From positions 1,393 through 65,392 of the forward strand of contig CBFIEF010000013.1 of the NCBI GenBank assembly GCA_965661545.1: 64,000 bases of DNA, written 5' to 3'. A model generated the notes under the pieces. It was not told the origin of the DNA. It saw only the letters and a program-made list of their open reading frames with translations, and ran no database searches. Position numbers and translations under genes: made by a program. Below, one piece after another: positions 18,307 to 28,183 of this stretch. Source of the stretch: Alphaproteobacteria bacterium. GTDB lineage: Bacteria > Pseudomonadota > Alphaproteobacteria > UBA7985. Within the stretch, counting starts at the first letter, position 1. Each line of letters opens with the position of its first letter.

Positions 18307-20256
18307 GTGTCTACATTATCCCAACGGTTGAAGCTTTTCGCGACGCTTGCGCTCGCGCACGTGTCGATGGCGCTGCCCGGCACTGCCCTTTCACAAACCA
18401 ATGCTGCCGCTGCGCAGTTCGCTGACTTGCCACAGGCAATGTTGGTTATGGATTTCTCCGGCTCCATGTGGGGCTCGGTGAATGGCGAAGCAAAGTTTCA
18501 GGTGCTGAACGATATCGTGGATCGAAACTTTGATGAGTGGTCCCAGTCACTCGAGCTTGGCCTGCTGGCCTATGGTCACCGCCGCAAGGGTGACTGTCGC
18601 GACATCGCGCTGGCCTTCCGTCCCGGTGAAGCCCAGTCGCGCACACTGCGGAAGTGGGTCACAAGTCAGCGTCCAGTCGGCAAGACGCCCCTTGGGAATT
18701 CTCTGGTGACAGCAGCCTCATTCTTCAACAACAAGGGCCAAGACGCGAACCTGATTGTCCTGTCTGATGGTATCGAAAGCTGTGGCGTAGACCCCTGTCG
18801 CATCATTCGTGACCTGCAAGCCAACGGCGCGAAAATCACCGCCCACGTGATTGGCTTTGACTTGAACGCGCGCGACGCTGGCGAAATTCGCTGCATCGCC
18901 GATCTGACCGGCGGCACCTACGTTGACGCCAACCGTGCGGATCAGCTGATCGACGGGTTCAGGAGGGCGGTGGAGACGATTGCCGTCAAGGATGACGGCG
19001 CTGAAAAAGCTCTGCGCGAAACATTGGACAAGTCGCTGGATGCGCTGCGGGATGCCTCTGATCAACTTGAAGCCGCCAACAAACGCGCAGACGAAGCTTT
19101 TGGCGACCTCTCCGAAGCCCAAGCGGAAATTGGACGACTCACCAGTTTGATCGATGACCGCGACGCCACAATTGAAGACCTGCAAGCCGGTCTTGATGAC
19201 TGTAACAATGAGCTCGCCCGCCTTGCCGCGCTGCTCGAAGATGCCCGCTCAACCATCGATACACAAAACGACGCCCTGCGCGTCGCAGCCGCTGAGAACG
19301 ACCAGTTGACCGACGATCTGGGCACCGCTCAAGCATCGATCGCCAGTTTGGAAGAACAGAACGAACTACAGGACCGTGAAATCGCGCTGCTCGAGGACAC
19401 TTTGGGCGAACGCGACAGCACCATCATCCTGCTGGAAGAGGATCTGGCGGCAAGAAATGCCGAAATCCAAGGGCTGGAGCGTGACCTCGATGACGCGAGA
19501 GACACGATCCTGCTGCTAACCGGCAAGAATGAAGAGCTGCAAGCCATGCTGGACGAAGCCCTGCGCAACCGCCAGCTGACCGTAAGCAGCCTCGACTTCG
19601 GCGCCTTTGCCGGCACAACTGAGCCAGTGGATATCGCAGCACTGGTGGCCGAGCGTGATTCCTACCTCACCGCCCTTCAGACTTTGCGTCAGAACCTTGG
19701 TTTTGTGCTCGATCCGCTAAGCCAGGCGCAGTCCATCGCCAATGCAATCCCGGAAGAAGCAAACCCGGTCGCTGTGCCTGATGAGCTGAACGAGGTCATC
19801 ATCCTGCTCGCAACGGGCGTTGAAGGCGAACTGCCCGACCTGCAGTGGAGCTTGCGTGGTGTATCCGATAACGCCGTCGGCGTCCGTGATGCCGGTTCTG
19901 GTGCGCGCATTCCAATGCCGGCATTCCAAGGCACGTACGAAATCGGCCTGGAACTGCCCGGTTACGAAGCCAACTTAACGGTCAGCAACGACCCAAGCGC
20001 GCCGATGAGCCGTCGGACAAACCTGAGCCTTGGTCGCCTGTCGCTGTCCATGCCGGGCAGCAAAGCCGGCATCTTTTTTGCCACGGTGACCAATCCTGAT
20101 GGCGAGACTGTCGCACGTCAGCCGATTGAAACATCCGGCTCCATGTACCTCAGCCCCGGCATCTACACGGTTCGGGCACAGTCCGAAGACGACGTGGATG
20201 AATTTGAGGTCCAAATCTACGCCGGTAAGGAAAAGGACGTTCCGCTTCGTTTCTAA
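18307..20256 (+). CDS. Secreted von Willebrand factor A domain protein with a ~250-aa acidic coiled coil and a C-terminal beta-rich domain
   Basis: Signal peptide; MIDAS DFSGSMWG…KTPLGNSL…LSDG; long heptad-like DD/EE-rich repeat region; GTG start with GGAG RBS. Confidence 0.7.
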   Translation: MSTLSQRLKLFATLALAHVSMALPGTALSQTNAAAAQFADLPQAMLVMDFSGSMWGSVNGEAKFQVLNDIVDRNFDEWSQSLELGLLAYGHRRKGDCRDIALAFRPGEAQSRTLRKWVTSQRPVGKTPLGNSLVTAASFFNNKGQDANLIVLSDGIESCGVDPCRIIRDLQANGAKITAHVIGFDLNARDAGEIRCIADLTGGTYVDANRADQLIDGFRRAVETIAVKDDGAEKALRETLDKSLDALRDASDQLEAANKRADEAFGDLSEAQAEIGRLTSLIDDRDATIEDLQAGLDDCNNELARLAALLEDARSTIDTQNDALRVAAAENDQLTDDLGTAQASIASLEEQNELQDREIALLEDTLGERDSTIILLEEDLAARNAEIQGLERDLDDARDTILLLTGKNEELQAMLDEALRNRQLTVSSLDFGAFAGTTEPVDIAALVAERDSYLTALQTLRQNLGFVLDPLSQAQSIANAIPEEANPVAVPDELNEVIILLATGVEGELPDLQWSLRGVSDNAVGVRDAGSGARIPMPAFQGTYEIGLELPGYEANLTVSNDPSAPMSRRTNLSLGRLSLSMPGSKAGIFFATVTNPDGETVARQPIETSGSMYLSPGIYTVRAQSEDDVDEFEVQIYAGKEKDVPLRF

Positions 20257-20282
20257 ATCTTAGCATCATCCCGCTCAATTTA

Positions 20283-20320
20283 GGGCCGCCGTGGTAGGAA
20301 ATGACCACGGCGGCCCTTAT
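20283..20320 (+). terminator. Rho-independent terminator after the vWA gene
   Basis: GGGCCGCCGTGGtaggaaatgaCCACGGCGGCCC + ttattgtttg. Confidence 0.7.
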
Positions 20321-20361
20321 TGTTTGCTGAAGCCGCAATCACAGCATCGGAACACACACCC

Positions 20362-21830
20362 ATGTCCTTTGATCTCGTCAATTCCGTTTTTGCCCTGCTG
20401 ATCGTGGCCATCATGGCCGGTGCCATGGTTCTTTTCGTGCTGGACGTGCTGCAAAACGAAGACGCCATCCGACGCAACTATCCGGTGATCGGGCGGTTTC
20501 GCGGTCTGTTCACGACCTTGGGCGAGTTCTTCCGCCAATACTTCTTTGCCATGGACCGAGAAGAGCTGCCGTTTAACCGGGCAGAACGCCATTGGGTGGA
20601 TCATGCCAGCGAGGGCGGAAAGAGCACCGTGGCCTTTGGCTCCACCAAGCAAATGAATGCCGTCGGAAACGCGATTTTCGTCAACGCCTCCTTTCCGCCC
20701 TTGGACCATGAATTCCAAAGCACCCACCCCGCCGTCATCGGACCAGACGCCGCTCAGCCGTTTCACCCCAGCAGCCTGTTCAACATCAGCGGCATGTCAT
20801 ATGGCGCGATCTCAGCCCCTGCCATCGAAGCCCTGTCACGCGGCGCGGCCAAGGCCGGGTGCTGGCTGAACACCGGCGAAGGTGCCCTCGCCCCTATGCA
20901 AGAGGCCCCGACGCCGATCTCGTCTTTCAGATCGGGACCGCCAAGTATGGCGTGCAGGCTGATGACGCGCGGATGGATTGGGACAAGCTGCGCACCCTTG
21001 CCGCCAATCCGCGCATCAAGATGTTCGAGCTGAAACTCGCCCAAGGCGCAAAACCGGGCAAAGGCGGTATCCTGCCAGCGCGAAAAATCACCCAGGCCAT
21101 CGCCGACGTGCGCGGAATTCCGAAGGGCCACCCCTCAATCTCCCCCAGCCGCCACACGGACATCGCCAATCACAGCGAACTGCACGCGATGATCGCCCAC
21201 ATGAAGGCCACCACGGGAAAGCCCGTTGGCATCAAAATTGTGGTTTCCGGCACGGATCTCATCGACGGTCTGGCGGCCAGCGCGGCGGCGTTGGGGCCCG
21301 ATGGTCTGCCTGACTTTATCACTGTCGACGGCGGCGACGGCGGCACGGGGGCTTCGCCCATGCCGCTGATGGACAATGTTGGCCTGCCGCTGCGTGAAGC
21401 CTTGGTGCTGGCTGTTAATGCGCTCAACCGCCATGGCCTGCGCGACCGCGTCCGGGTCATCGCCAGCGGTAAACTGGTGACGCCCTCTGGCGTTGCGCTG
21501 GCGCTGGCGACGGGAGCTGACTTTGTGGTTTCCGCGCGGGGCTTCATGTTCGCCTTGGGCTGTATTCAGGCGATGAAGTGCAACAAGAACACCTGCCCCA
21601 CCGGTATCACCACCCACAATCCACGCCTGCAAGAAGGGCTAGACCCCACCGACAAAGCCGAGCGCGTGGCGCAATACGTCGCCAGCATCAATGAAGACGT
21701 GGCGACGATTGCGCACTCCTGTGGCGTCCCAAAACCGCAAGACTTGGCCCGCAAGCACGTGCGGATCGTCCAGCCTGACGGCACGTCGCGCCCCTTCGCC
21801 GACCTCTATAATGACGGATCGTTCCATTGA
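20362..21830 (+). pseudogene. FMN-dependent glutamate synthase-related (GltB domain-2-like) protein split by a 1-nt frameshift
   Basis: ORFs 20320..21033 and 20859..21830 are contiguous halves of one family protein (…LNTGEGALAP | YARGPDADLVFQIGTAKYG…); frame change at CCCC 20891-20894. Confidence 0.7.
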
Positions 21831-22027
21831 GCCCCTGCCAAGGGCCTGTTTAGGTAAATTTGTCTGCAATTCGCTGAAACAAAGATAAATCGTCTGTTTC
21901 ACATTCCCTTAAGAAGGCAAACATTCGGAGAAATTGGCGCAACACAAGGGGGGTAGAAAGCATCTCGTCAACACGGGGACGACAGTGTCCGCGATGAACT
22001 TCAACGACGAAACAAGGCTCAAAACCC

Positions 22028-22861
22028 ATGAAACTCCTAGCTTCCTTCTCCAAACTCGCCGCAGCCTCCCTCCTCGCCCTCACGGGTGCTGCAACCGCTT
22101 CCGCTGATCTCTCGGATCTGCGCGGGACATGGATCAACGTCGACGACAATACACGCGGCATCACCAAAGTCGTCATTGGCGGCTCCGGCTCCGTGGTTTC
22201 CCTGTCAGCGTGGGGATCCTGCTCGCCCAGCGATTGCGTTTGGGGCGAAGTCCCCGCAAGCCCACTGTCCAGCAGCGTCAGCGCGGCGCCAGAGAGCGCG
22301 GATCGCATCGTTGCGGTCTATGAAAAGTCCTACAAGATGTCGATTTTGAACGCTTATCGCTCCGGCAATAAACTGATTGTCGATAACGCCACGGACTTCA
22401 AAGATAACCGCACCGACACCTTTAACAGCTACACGTTCAAGCGCCTGCCTGTCTTCATCAACCCCAACCTTGTCCCCGTGCTGCCGATGCTCGACATCAG
22501 CCTGATGCAGCCCATGACCAACCTCGACCGGATCGAAGGCGCGTGGAAGAACGTAGACCCCAACACCCGTGGGATCTCCAAACTCAGAGTCGCCGTCGCA
22601 GGCGCGGATGTTGATGTTCAGGCTTGGGGCTCGTGCTCCCCGACGGATTGCGACTGGGGCTGGACCGATGCAACGCCCCTGACCACCAGCGTGAGCCAAA
22701 ACCCGGTAAACGCCAACTCCATCCTCGCAACATGGGAGTCCAGCATCGCGACGCGCCGAGCGATCATGACACGCGGCGGAACCATGCTGACGGTACAAGT
22801 CACAACGACCTACAAAGACAACCGTTCGGACCGGTTCAACACCTACGTTTTCGTGAAATAG
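22028..22861 (+). CDS. Secreted protein composed of two tandem ~125-aa repeats with a conserved CSP(S/T)DC Cys pair
   Basis: Signal peptide; repeat 1 (TWINVDDNTRGITK…AWGSCSPSDCVWG…KDNRTDTFNSYTF) and repeat 2 (AWKNVDPNTRGISK…AWGSCSPTDCDWG…KDNRSDRFNTYVF). Confidence 0.65.
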   Translation: MKLLASFSKLAAASLLALTGAATASADLSDLRGTWINVDDNTRGITKVVIGGSGSVVSLSAWGSCSPSDCVWGEVPASPLSSSVSAAPESADRIVAVYEKSYKMSILNAYRSGNKLIVDNATDFKDNRTDTFNSYTFKRLPVFINPNLVPVLPMLDISLMQPMTNLDRIEGAWKNVDPNTRGISKLRVAVAGADVDVQAWGSCSPTDCDWGWTDATPLTTSVSQNPVNANSILATWESSIATRRAIMTRGGTMLTVQVTTTYKDNRSDRFNTYVFVK

Positions 22862-22886
22862 ACGTTCAGACGCTATTCATCGATCA

Positions 22887-22912
22887 AGGGGCGCTCCGGC
22901 GTCCCTTTTTTC
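22887..22912. terminator. Terminator hairpin + T-run between convergent genes
   Basis: GGGGCGCtccgGCGTCCCtttttt. Confidence 0.55.
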
Positions 22913-22913
22913 G

Positions 22914-23831
22914 TTACAGAGCAACAAGCCGACGGGTAACGCCCCTGTCGGGGGCGATGGTTAAGATGTCCGCGTGGGTCTGCGTTGGACCTGCGAGAAC
23001 GTCACTCGTAACCCCGGCAAGGATCAACCGGGCATCGGGCGAAGCCAGATCGTCCAGACTGTAAATCCGGTTCAAATCGCGAACACCAATCGCTTCGGCC
23101 CGCCCGCGTTCGGCATCATCGCGGAACAGCAGGCGACCCACCATCGAACCGCCCACAGCCTGCAAGCCCGCTGCGGCCAACACGCCTTCTGGCGCACCGC
23201 CACTGCCGATATAGACATCAAACGGCGGCTGGCCGCTTGGGTCTGGCAAGCACGTTTGCAGCGCGCCCATGACGTCGCCTTCGTCGATCCGGTGCAAAGC
23301 AGCGCCCGCTGCTTCCGCCGCTTGGGCAAGGGCCGCGTGTCGAGCTCGGTCGAGCATGACCACACGCAAGCGGCGGTCCCGCGCCTGTTCGCTGAGCCGC
23401 TTCAGAACCTCCACCAAGGGCCGATCAAGGTCTTCGGCATCGACCGTAAAGCCCGGTCCAACAGCCAATTTCTGCATGTAGACATCAGGCGCGTGCAGCA
23501 GCCCGCCACGCGGGGCAAAAGCTGCAACGCACAGCGCGCCGGGACGGTCTTCGGCGGCTAAAGTCGTGCCTTCGAGCGGGTCAACGGCGATATCCACCGC
23601 CGGACCCTCACCTGCGCCCACTTCTTCGCCGATGTACAGCATGGGGGCTTCGTCGCGCTCGCCTTCGCCAATGACAATGCGGCCCGCCATCGGCGCGGCG
23701 GCGAAGCTGGCGCGCATGGCCTCGACCGCGGCGGCATCAGCGGCCTCTTTATCGCCCTGTCCTACCCACGGCTGACAGGCCAAAGCCGCGTGCGCGCAGG
23801 CGCGTTCAAAGTACGGAGTTAGGGCTTTCAT
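22914..23831 (-). CDS. glpX: Class II fructose-1,6-bisphosphatase (GlpX)
   Basis: DIAVDPLEGT and other GlpX motifs. Confidence 0.85.
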   Translation of the reverse strand: MKALTPYFERACAHAALACQPWVGQGDKEAADAAAVEAMRASFAAAPMAGRIVIGEGERDEAPMLYIGEEVGAGEGPAVDIAVDPLEGTTLAAEDRPGALCVAAFAPRGGLLHAPDVYMQKLAVGPGFTVDAEDLDRPLVEVLKRLSEQARDRRLRVVMLDRARHAALAQAAEAAGAALHRIDEGDVMGALQTCLPDPSGQPPFDVYIGSGGAPEGVLAAAGLQAVGGSMVGRLLFRDDAERGRAEAIGVRDLNRIYSLDDLASPDARLILAGVTSDVLAGPTQTHADILTIAPDRGVTRRLVAL

Positions 23832-24754
23832 GCTTCTTGGGCCGCCTGATCCGCGTAAATCGAGATGAGCTGATCCAGCAGCGCCAGCGCGTCGGTCCGG
23901 CTGCGTTGGAACGCGTTTCGGCCAATGATAGAGCCAAAGCCCCCGCCCTTGGCAATGGCCGCAATTTCTGCGGCAACAGCCTCCGTTCCTTTGGCCTCTC
24001 CACCGGAGAAAATGACGATGCGGCGACCGTCAAAGGCCGACTGGATTACATGCGAAATCCGGTCTTCCAAGCGGCTCCAATCCTGCCCCTCATAGTGCTT
24101 TTTGGCCGCTTCTTGCTCAATGCGGGTTTTCGGGGGTTTCACCTTGATGATGTGTGCGCCCATGAGCGCGGCAATGTGCGCGGCGTAGGCGATGACGTCC
24201 AAGCTCGTCTCCCCTTCCCGGCTCAAACCACCACCACGCGGATAGCTCCACACCACCACGGCCAACCCGGCATCGCGGGCGTCCTTGGTCAAGGCACGCA
24301 GCTTTTCCTGCATATCGAATTGCTGTTCGGAGCCGGGATAGAGCGTGTAGCCCACCGCCACACAGCCCAGCCGCAGAGCATCTTCAACACTGCCTGTTAC
24401 CGCCTGATCAGCATTGAGGGCGTGACTGTTCGAGCTGTTCACCTTCAATATCGTCGGAATCTGTCCCGCAAACCGGCTCGCGCCTGCGGTCAGCAAACCA
24501 ATGGGCGCGGCAAAGGCGTTCAAACCGGCGTCGATGGCCAACTGCCAGTGATAGAGCGGGTCATAGCCCACTGGATTGGGCGCGAAAGACCGCGCCGGGC
24601 CGTGCTCAAAACCTTGATCGACCGGCAAAATCAGCATCTTGCCGGTTCCGGCCAAGCGGCCATGATTGAGCATTTGAACCAGCTTGGCGCGGGTCCCCGG
24701 ATTTTCGGCGTCGTAGTTTTCAAGAATGGCGGAAACAGCAGGACTGAGGCTCAC
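23828..24754 (-). CDS. fba: Class I fructose-bisphosphate aldolase (DhnA/FbaB type)
   Basis: LILPVDQGFEHGP Schiff-base aldolase motif; GTG start with AGGA RBS; stop overlaps the glpX start. Confidence 0.75.
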   Translation of the reverse strand: MSLSPAVSAILENYDAENPGTRAKLVQMLNHGRLAGTGKMLILPVDQGFEHGPARSFAPNPVGYDPLYHWQLAIDAGLNAFAAPIGLLTAGASRFAGQIPTILKVNSSNSHALNADQAVTGSVEDALRLGCVAVGYTLYPGSEQQFDMQEKLRALTKDARDAGLAVVVWSYPRGGGLSREGETSLDVIAYAAHIAALMGAHIIKVKPPKTRIEQEAAKKHYEGQDWSRLEDRISHVIQSAFDGRRIVIFSGGEAKGTEAVAAEIAAIAKGGGFGSIIGRNAFQRSRTDALALLDQLISIYADQAAQEA

Positions 24755-24917
24755 AACGGGGTTCCTTTGGGCAGGGAAAACATTGAGTCCTCCAAACCTA
24801 GGAGTACCGCGTCCCGCGACACCACCGCCCGCGGCGATCATTCAAGCGCATAACCGATCCCCACTGCAAATTCTGGAATCGAATTACACCCATCCGGAAA
24901 GCTTCTTGAACCAACCG

Positions 24918-26084
24918 TTACATGTAATCGTTTGCCGTCAGCTCTTCCTTGGGAATCAGATTGTGGAGGCCGAAATCCTCGATGTCCCGACAGCCGCACA
25001 GCGCCATCGTCACATCCATCTCTTTCTGGATGATCTCTAAGGCTTTGGTCACACCCGCTTGCCCCATCGCGCCCAGACCATAGAGAAAGGCCCGACCAAT
25101 ATAGGTGCCCTTGGCCCCCAGCGCCCGCGCCTTGAGCACGTCCTGGCCCGAGCGGATACCGCCGTCCATGTGAACCTCAATCTGGTCGCCAACAGCCTCA
25201 ACAATCCCCGGCAGTTTCGCCAGCGCAGACCGCGCGCCGTCAAGCTGCCGCCCGCCGTGGTTAGAGACAATAATTGCGTCCGCACCGGTCTTAGCCGCCA
25301 TCCGCGCATCTTCTTCATCCAAGATGCCCTTGATGATCAGCTTGCGGTCCCAGCGCTCCTGGATCCACGCAATGTCGTCCCAGCTCAGGCTGGGATCGAA
25401 CTGCGAGGCGGTCCATTTGGACAGCGAGGTCATGTCCTCGACCGTATCAACGTGGCCCTCAATGTTGCGAAAAGAGCGGCGCTTGGTGCCCAGCATCCCC
25501 AGCGACCATCGCGGCTTCATCGCCATGTCGATCATGTTCCCAAGCGTCAGCTTTGGTGGCGCTGACAAGCCGTTGACCACGTCCTTGTGCCGCTGCCCCA
25601 AAATCTGCAAATCCATCGTCACAACCAGCGCCGAACACCCAGCGGCATGAGCGCGCTTGATCAAGCGTTCGATATAATCGCGATCCCGCATGAAATAGAG
25701 CTGAAACCAGAACGGCTTGGTGGTGTGCTCGGCCACGTCCTCAATCGAGCAAATCGACATGGTGGACAGGGTAAACGGCACGCCAAAAGCCTCTGCCGCC
25801 TTGGCCGCAAGGATTTCCCCGTCCGCGTGCTGCATCCCGGTCAGGCCTGTGGGTGCCAGTGCCACCGGCATTGCCACGTCTTCGCCCACCATAGTCGAGG
25901 CAAGGCTCCGCCCCTCCATATTCACCGCAATCCGCTGCCGCAGGCGCACCTTCTCGAAATCAGTGGTGTTTTCGCGGTAGGTCTGCTCGGTCCACGACCC
26001 GCTGTCAGCGTAATCGTAGAACATCTTCGGCACGCGCTGTTTGGCCAACAACCGCAAGTCTTCGATGGTCGTAATCACTGGCAT
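24918..26084 (-). CDS. lldD: FMN-dependent L-lactate dehydrogenase / alpha-hydroxy-acid oxidase
   Basis: Full-length match to the LldD/glycolate oxidase family (FMN-binding TIM barrel). Confidence 0.85.
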   Translation of the reverse strand: MPVITTIEDLRLLAKQRVPKMFYDYADSGSWTEQTYRENTTDFEKVRLRQRIAVNMEGRSLASTMVGEDVAMPVALAPTGLTGMQHADGEILAAKAAEAFGVPFTLSTMSICSIEDVAEHTTKPFWFQLYFMRDRDYIERLIKRAHAAGCSALVVTMDLQILGQRHKDVVNGLSAPPKLTLGNMIDMAMKPRWSLGMLGTKRRSFRNIEGHVDTVEDMTSLSKWTASQFDPSLSWDDIAWIQERWDRKLIIKGILDEEDARMAAKTGADAIIVSNHGGRQLDGARSALAKLPGIVEAVGDQIEVHMDGGIRSGQDVLKARALGAKGTYIGRAFLYGLGAMGQAGVTKALEIIQKEMDVTMALCGCRDIEDFGLHNLIPKEELTANDYM

Positions 26085-26158
26085 GGCTTGCTCTCACTTC
26101 CTCAAACGCTACTGGGCCGGGCTGTTCAGGCGGGGTCTAGGGGCAACGCTTGCGCGCT

Positions 26159-28123
26159 TTAGTCCTCCTGAAGATCCGGGATCCCTTGGAAATTGTCCAG
26201 TGCCTCGGCATTAGCAAGCGCTTCGACGTTCTTGACCTCTTCGCCCATCACAACCGAGCGCACCGCCAATTCGACAATCTTGCCAGAGCGGGTGCGCGGA
26301 ATATCCGCGACTTCGATGATTTTTGCCGGAACATGACGGGGTGAAGCACCGTGCCGGATCTGCACCTTGATTTTCTCTCGCAAGCCATCGGTCAGGGCTT
26401 GGCCGTCCTGCATCACGACAAACAGAACCACGCGGGTATCCCCCGCCCAAGGCTGGCCGATGACGATGCTTTCCTTGATCTGCGGTAGGGTTTCCACCTG
26501 CCGATAAATCTCCGCCGTGCCAATCCGCACACCGCTCGGGTTGAGCGTCGCATCAGAGCGCCCGTGGATGATGTAGCCGTGGTTTTCCGTCTGCTCGATA
26601 AAGTCACCGTGCGTCCACACGTTCGGAAACCGCTCGTAATAAGCCTTGAAGTAGCGGCTGCCGTCGTCATCGCCGAAAAAGCCCAGCGGCATGGACGGGA
26701 ACGGCTTGGCACACACCAACTCTCCACGCCCTTCGCGCATGGGTTCGCCGTCGTCATCATAAACCTGAAGATCCATGCCAATCCCCGGCACTTGCAGCTC
26801 CCCGCGATAAACCGGTAGCGTCGGCGCACCAGACACAAAGCACCCAAGCAAGTCCGTCCCGCCAGAGCAAGACATGACGTGCACGTCACTTTTGACGTGC
26901 TCATAGAGGTAATCAAAGCTCTCGTGGACCAGCGTTGAACCCGTTGTCGCAATCAGCCGCATGTCCTCAAAGCTGCCCACAGTGGTTGGGCGCACTTCCT
27001 GCTTGTTCAGGGCATCGACGTACTTGGCCGACAGCCCCATGCTGTTGATCCCGTGCTCCTCCGCAAACCGCCACAGCACCAGCGGATCAGGCGCAAAGGG
27101 CGAGCCATCATAGAGCATGACGGTTGCGCCTGTTTGCAGACCCGTGATCAACCAGTTCCACATCATCCACCCGCACGTGGTGAAGAAGAACGTGCGGTCG
27201 TCGGGCCGCGTGTTGTTGTGCAAAAGGTGCTCGGTCAGCTGCTTGAGCAGCACCCCGCCCTGCCCGTGTTCGATGCACTTGGGCTTTCCCGTCGTACCGG
27301 ACGAGAACATGATGACCATCGGCGCGTTAAAGTTCATCTGCTTGAAGGTCGGCGTGGTCGCCTCCCCATGCCGCGCCAAAGCCGTATCCAGGCGCTCGGT
27401 TCCCGTCAGTGGGCCCGTGTCGGCATCCTCATCCGCGAAGCCCAGCATAAAGCTGGCTTCCACCGACGGCAAAGCAGCCAGCACTTCGGCAAACTTATCC
27501 CGCGTGTCAAAGGTCTTGCCGGTGTAAAAATAACCGTCACAGACGACCAGAACCTTTGGCTCGGTTTGCGAGAAACGGTCGAGAATACCGTTGACCCCAA
27601 AGTCTGGCGAGCACGAGGACCACACCGCACCAATAGCGTTCGCTGCCATGGCAACCACAATCGACGTGGGACAGTTGGGGAGCACAAAGCCCACCCGGTC
27701 GCCTTCTTTCACGCCGGCTTCCAGCAGCAAAGCCTGCATCCGGCCCACGCGGGCGATCAGATCGCGCCACGTGACCTTCTCGGACTTGCGGTCTTCGGCC
27801 TGAAAAATCAGGGCAAGATCGTCGCTGTCCGCTCGCTCTGCGGGACGCAATAAATTTTCAGCAAACGACAGGGTGCCGTCGGGGAAATATCGCGCGCCGG
27901 GCATTTTGTCGCCATCGACCAAGACGCGCTCACCCTGCTCACCAATGACGCCAGCGAAGTCCCAAAAACCTTGCCAAAACCGTAGGTTATCGTGAACCGA
28001 AAAATCGTGCAGGTCCCAGAATGATCGACAGTCCCGATCAAAACGATCGTTGATATACGCTTGAAACTTAGTCAAGTTCGCGGAAGCAATCTGTTCGTCG
28101 CTCGGCTGCCACAGCAAAGTCAT
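26159..28123 (-). CDS. Acetoacetyl-CoA synthetase
   Basis: About 650-aa adenylate-forming enzyme; SSGTTGKPK AMP-binding motif; length and N-terminus typical of acetoacetate-CoA ligase. Confidence 0.8.
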   Translation of the reverse strand: MTLLWQPSDEQIASANLTKFQAYINDRFDRDCRSFWDLHDFSVHDNLRFWQGFWDFAGVIGEQGERVLVDGDKMPGARYFPDGTLSFAENLLRPAERADSDDLALIFQAEDRKSEKVTWRDLIARVGRMQALLLEAGVKEGDRVGFVLPNCPTSIVVAMAANAIGAVWSSCSPDFGVNGILDRFSQTEPKVLVVCDGYFYTGKTFDTRDKFAEVLAALPSVEASFMLGFADEDADTGPLTGTERLDTALARHGEATTPTFKQMNFNAPMVIMFSSGTTGKPKCIEHGQGGVLLKQLTEHLLHNNTRPDDRTFFFTTCGWMMWNWLITGLQTGATVMLYDGSPFAPDPLVLWRFAEEHGINSMGLSAKYVDALNKQEVRPTTVGSFEDMRLIATTGSTLVHESFDYLYEHVKSDVHVMSCSGGTDLLGCFVSGAPTLPVYRGELQVPGIGMDLQVYDDDGEPMREGRGELVCAKPFPSMPLGFFGDDDGSRYFKAYYERFPNVWTHGDFIEQTENHGYIIHGRSDATLNPSGVRIGTAEIYRQVETLPQIKESIVIGQPWAGDTRVVLFVVMQDGQALTDGLREKIKVQIRHGASPRHVPAKIIEVADIPRTRSGKIVELAVRSVVMGEEVKNVEALANAEALDNFQGIPDLQED

Positions 28124-28183
28124 CAGGCGGTTTCCTTATTCCAGTCTCTCGTGCGTTCAACCCGTCAGTACAAGGCACCCCCC

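Noticed and set aside
27053-27853. 266-aa ORF antisense to acetoacetyl-CoA synthetase
   Set aside because: Shadow ORF.
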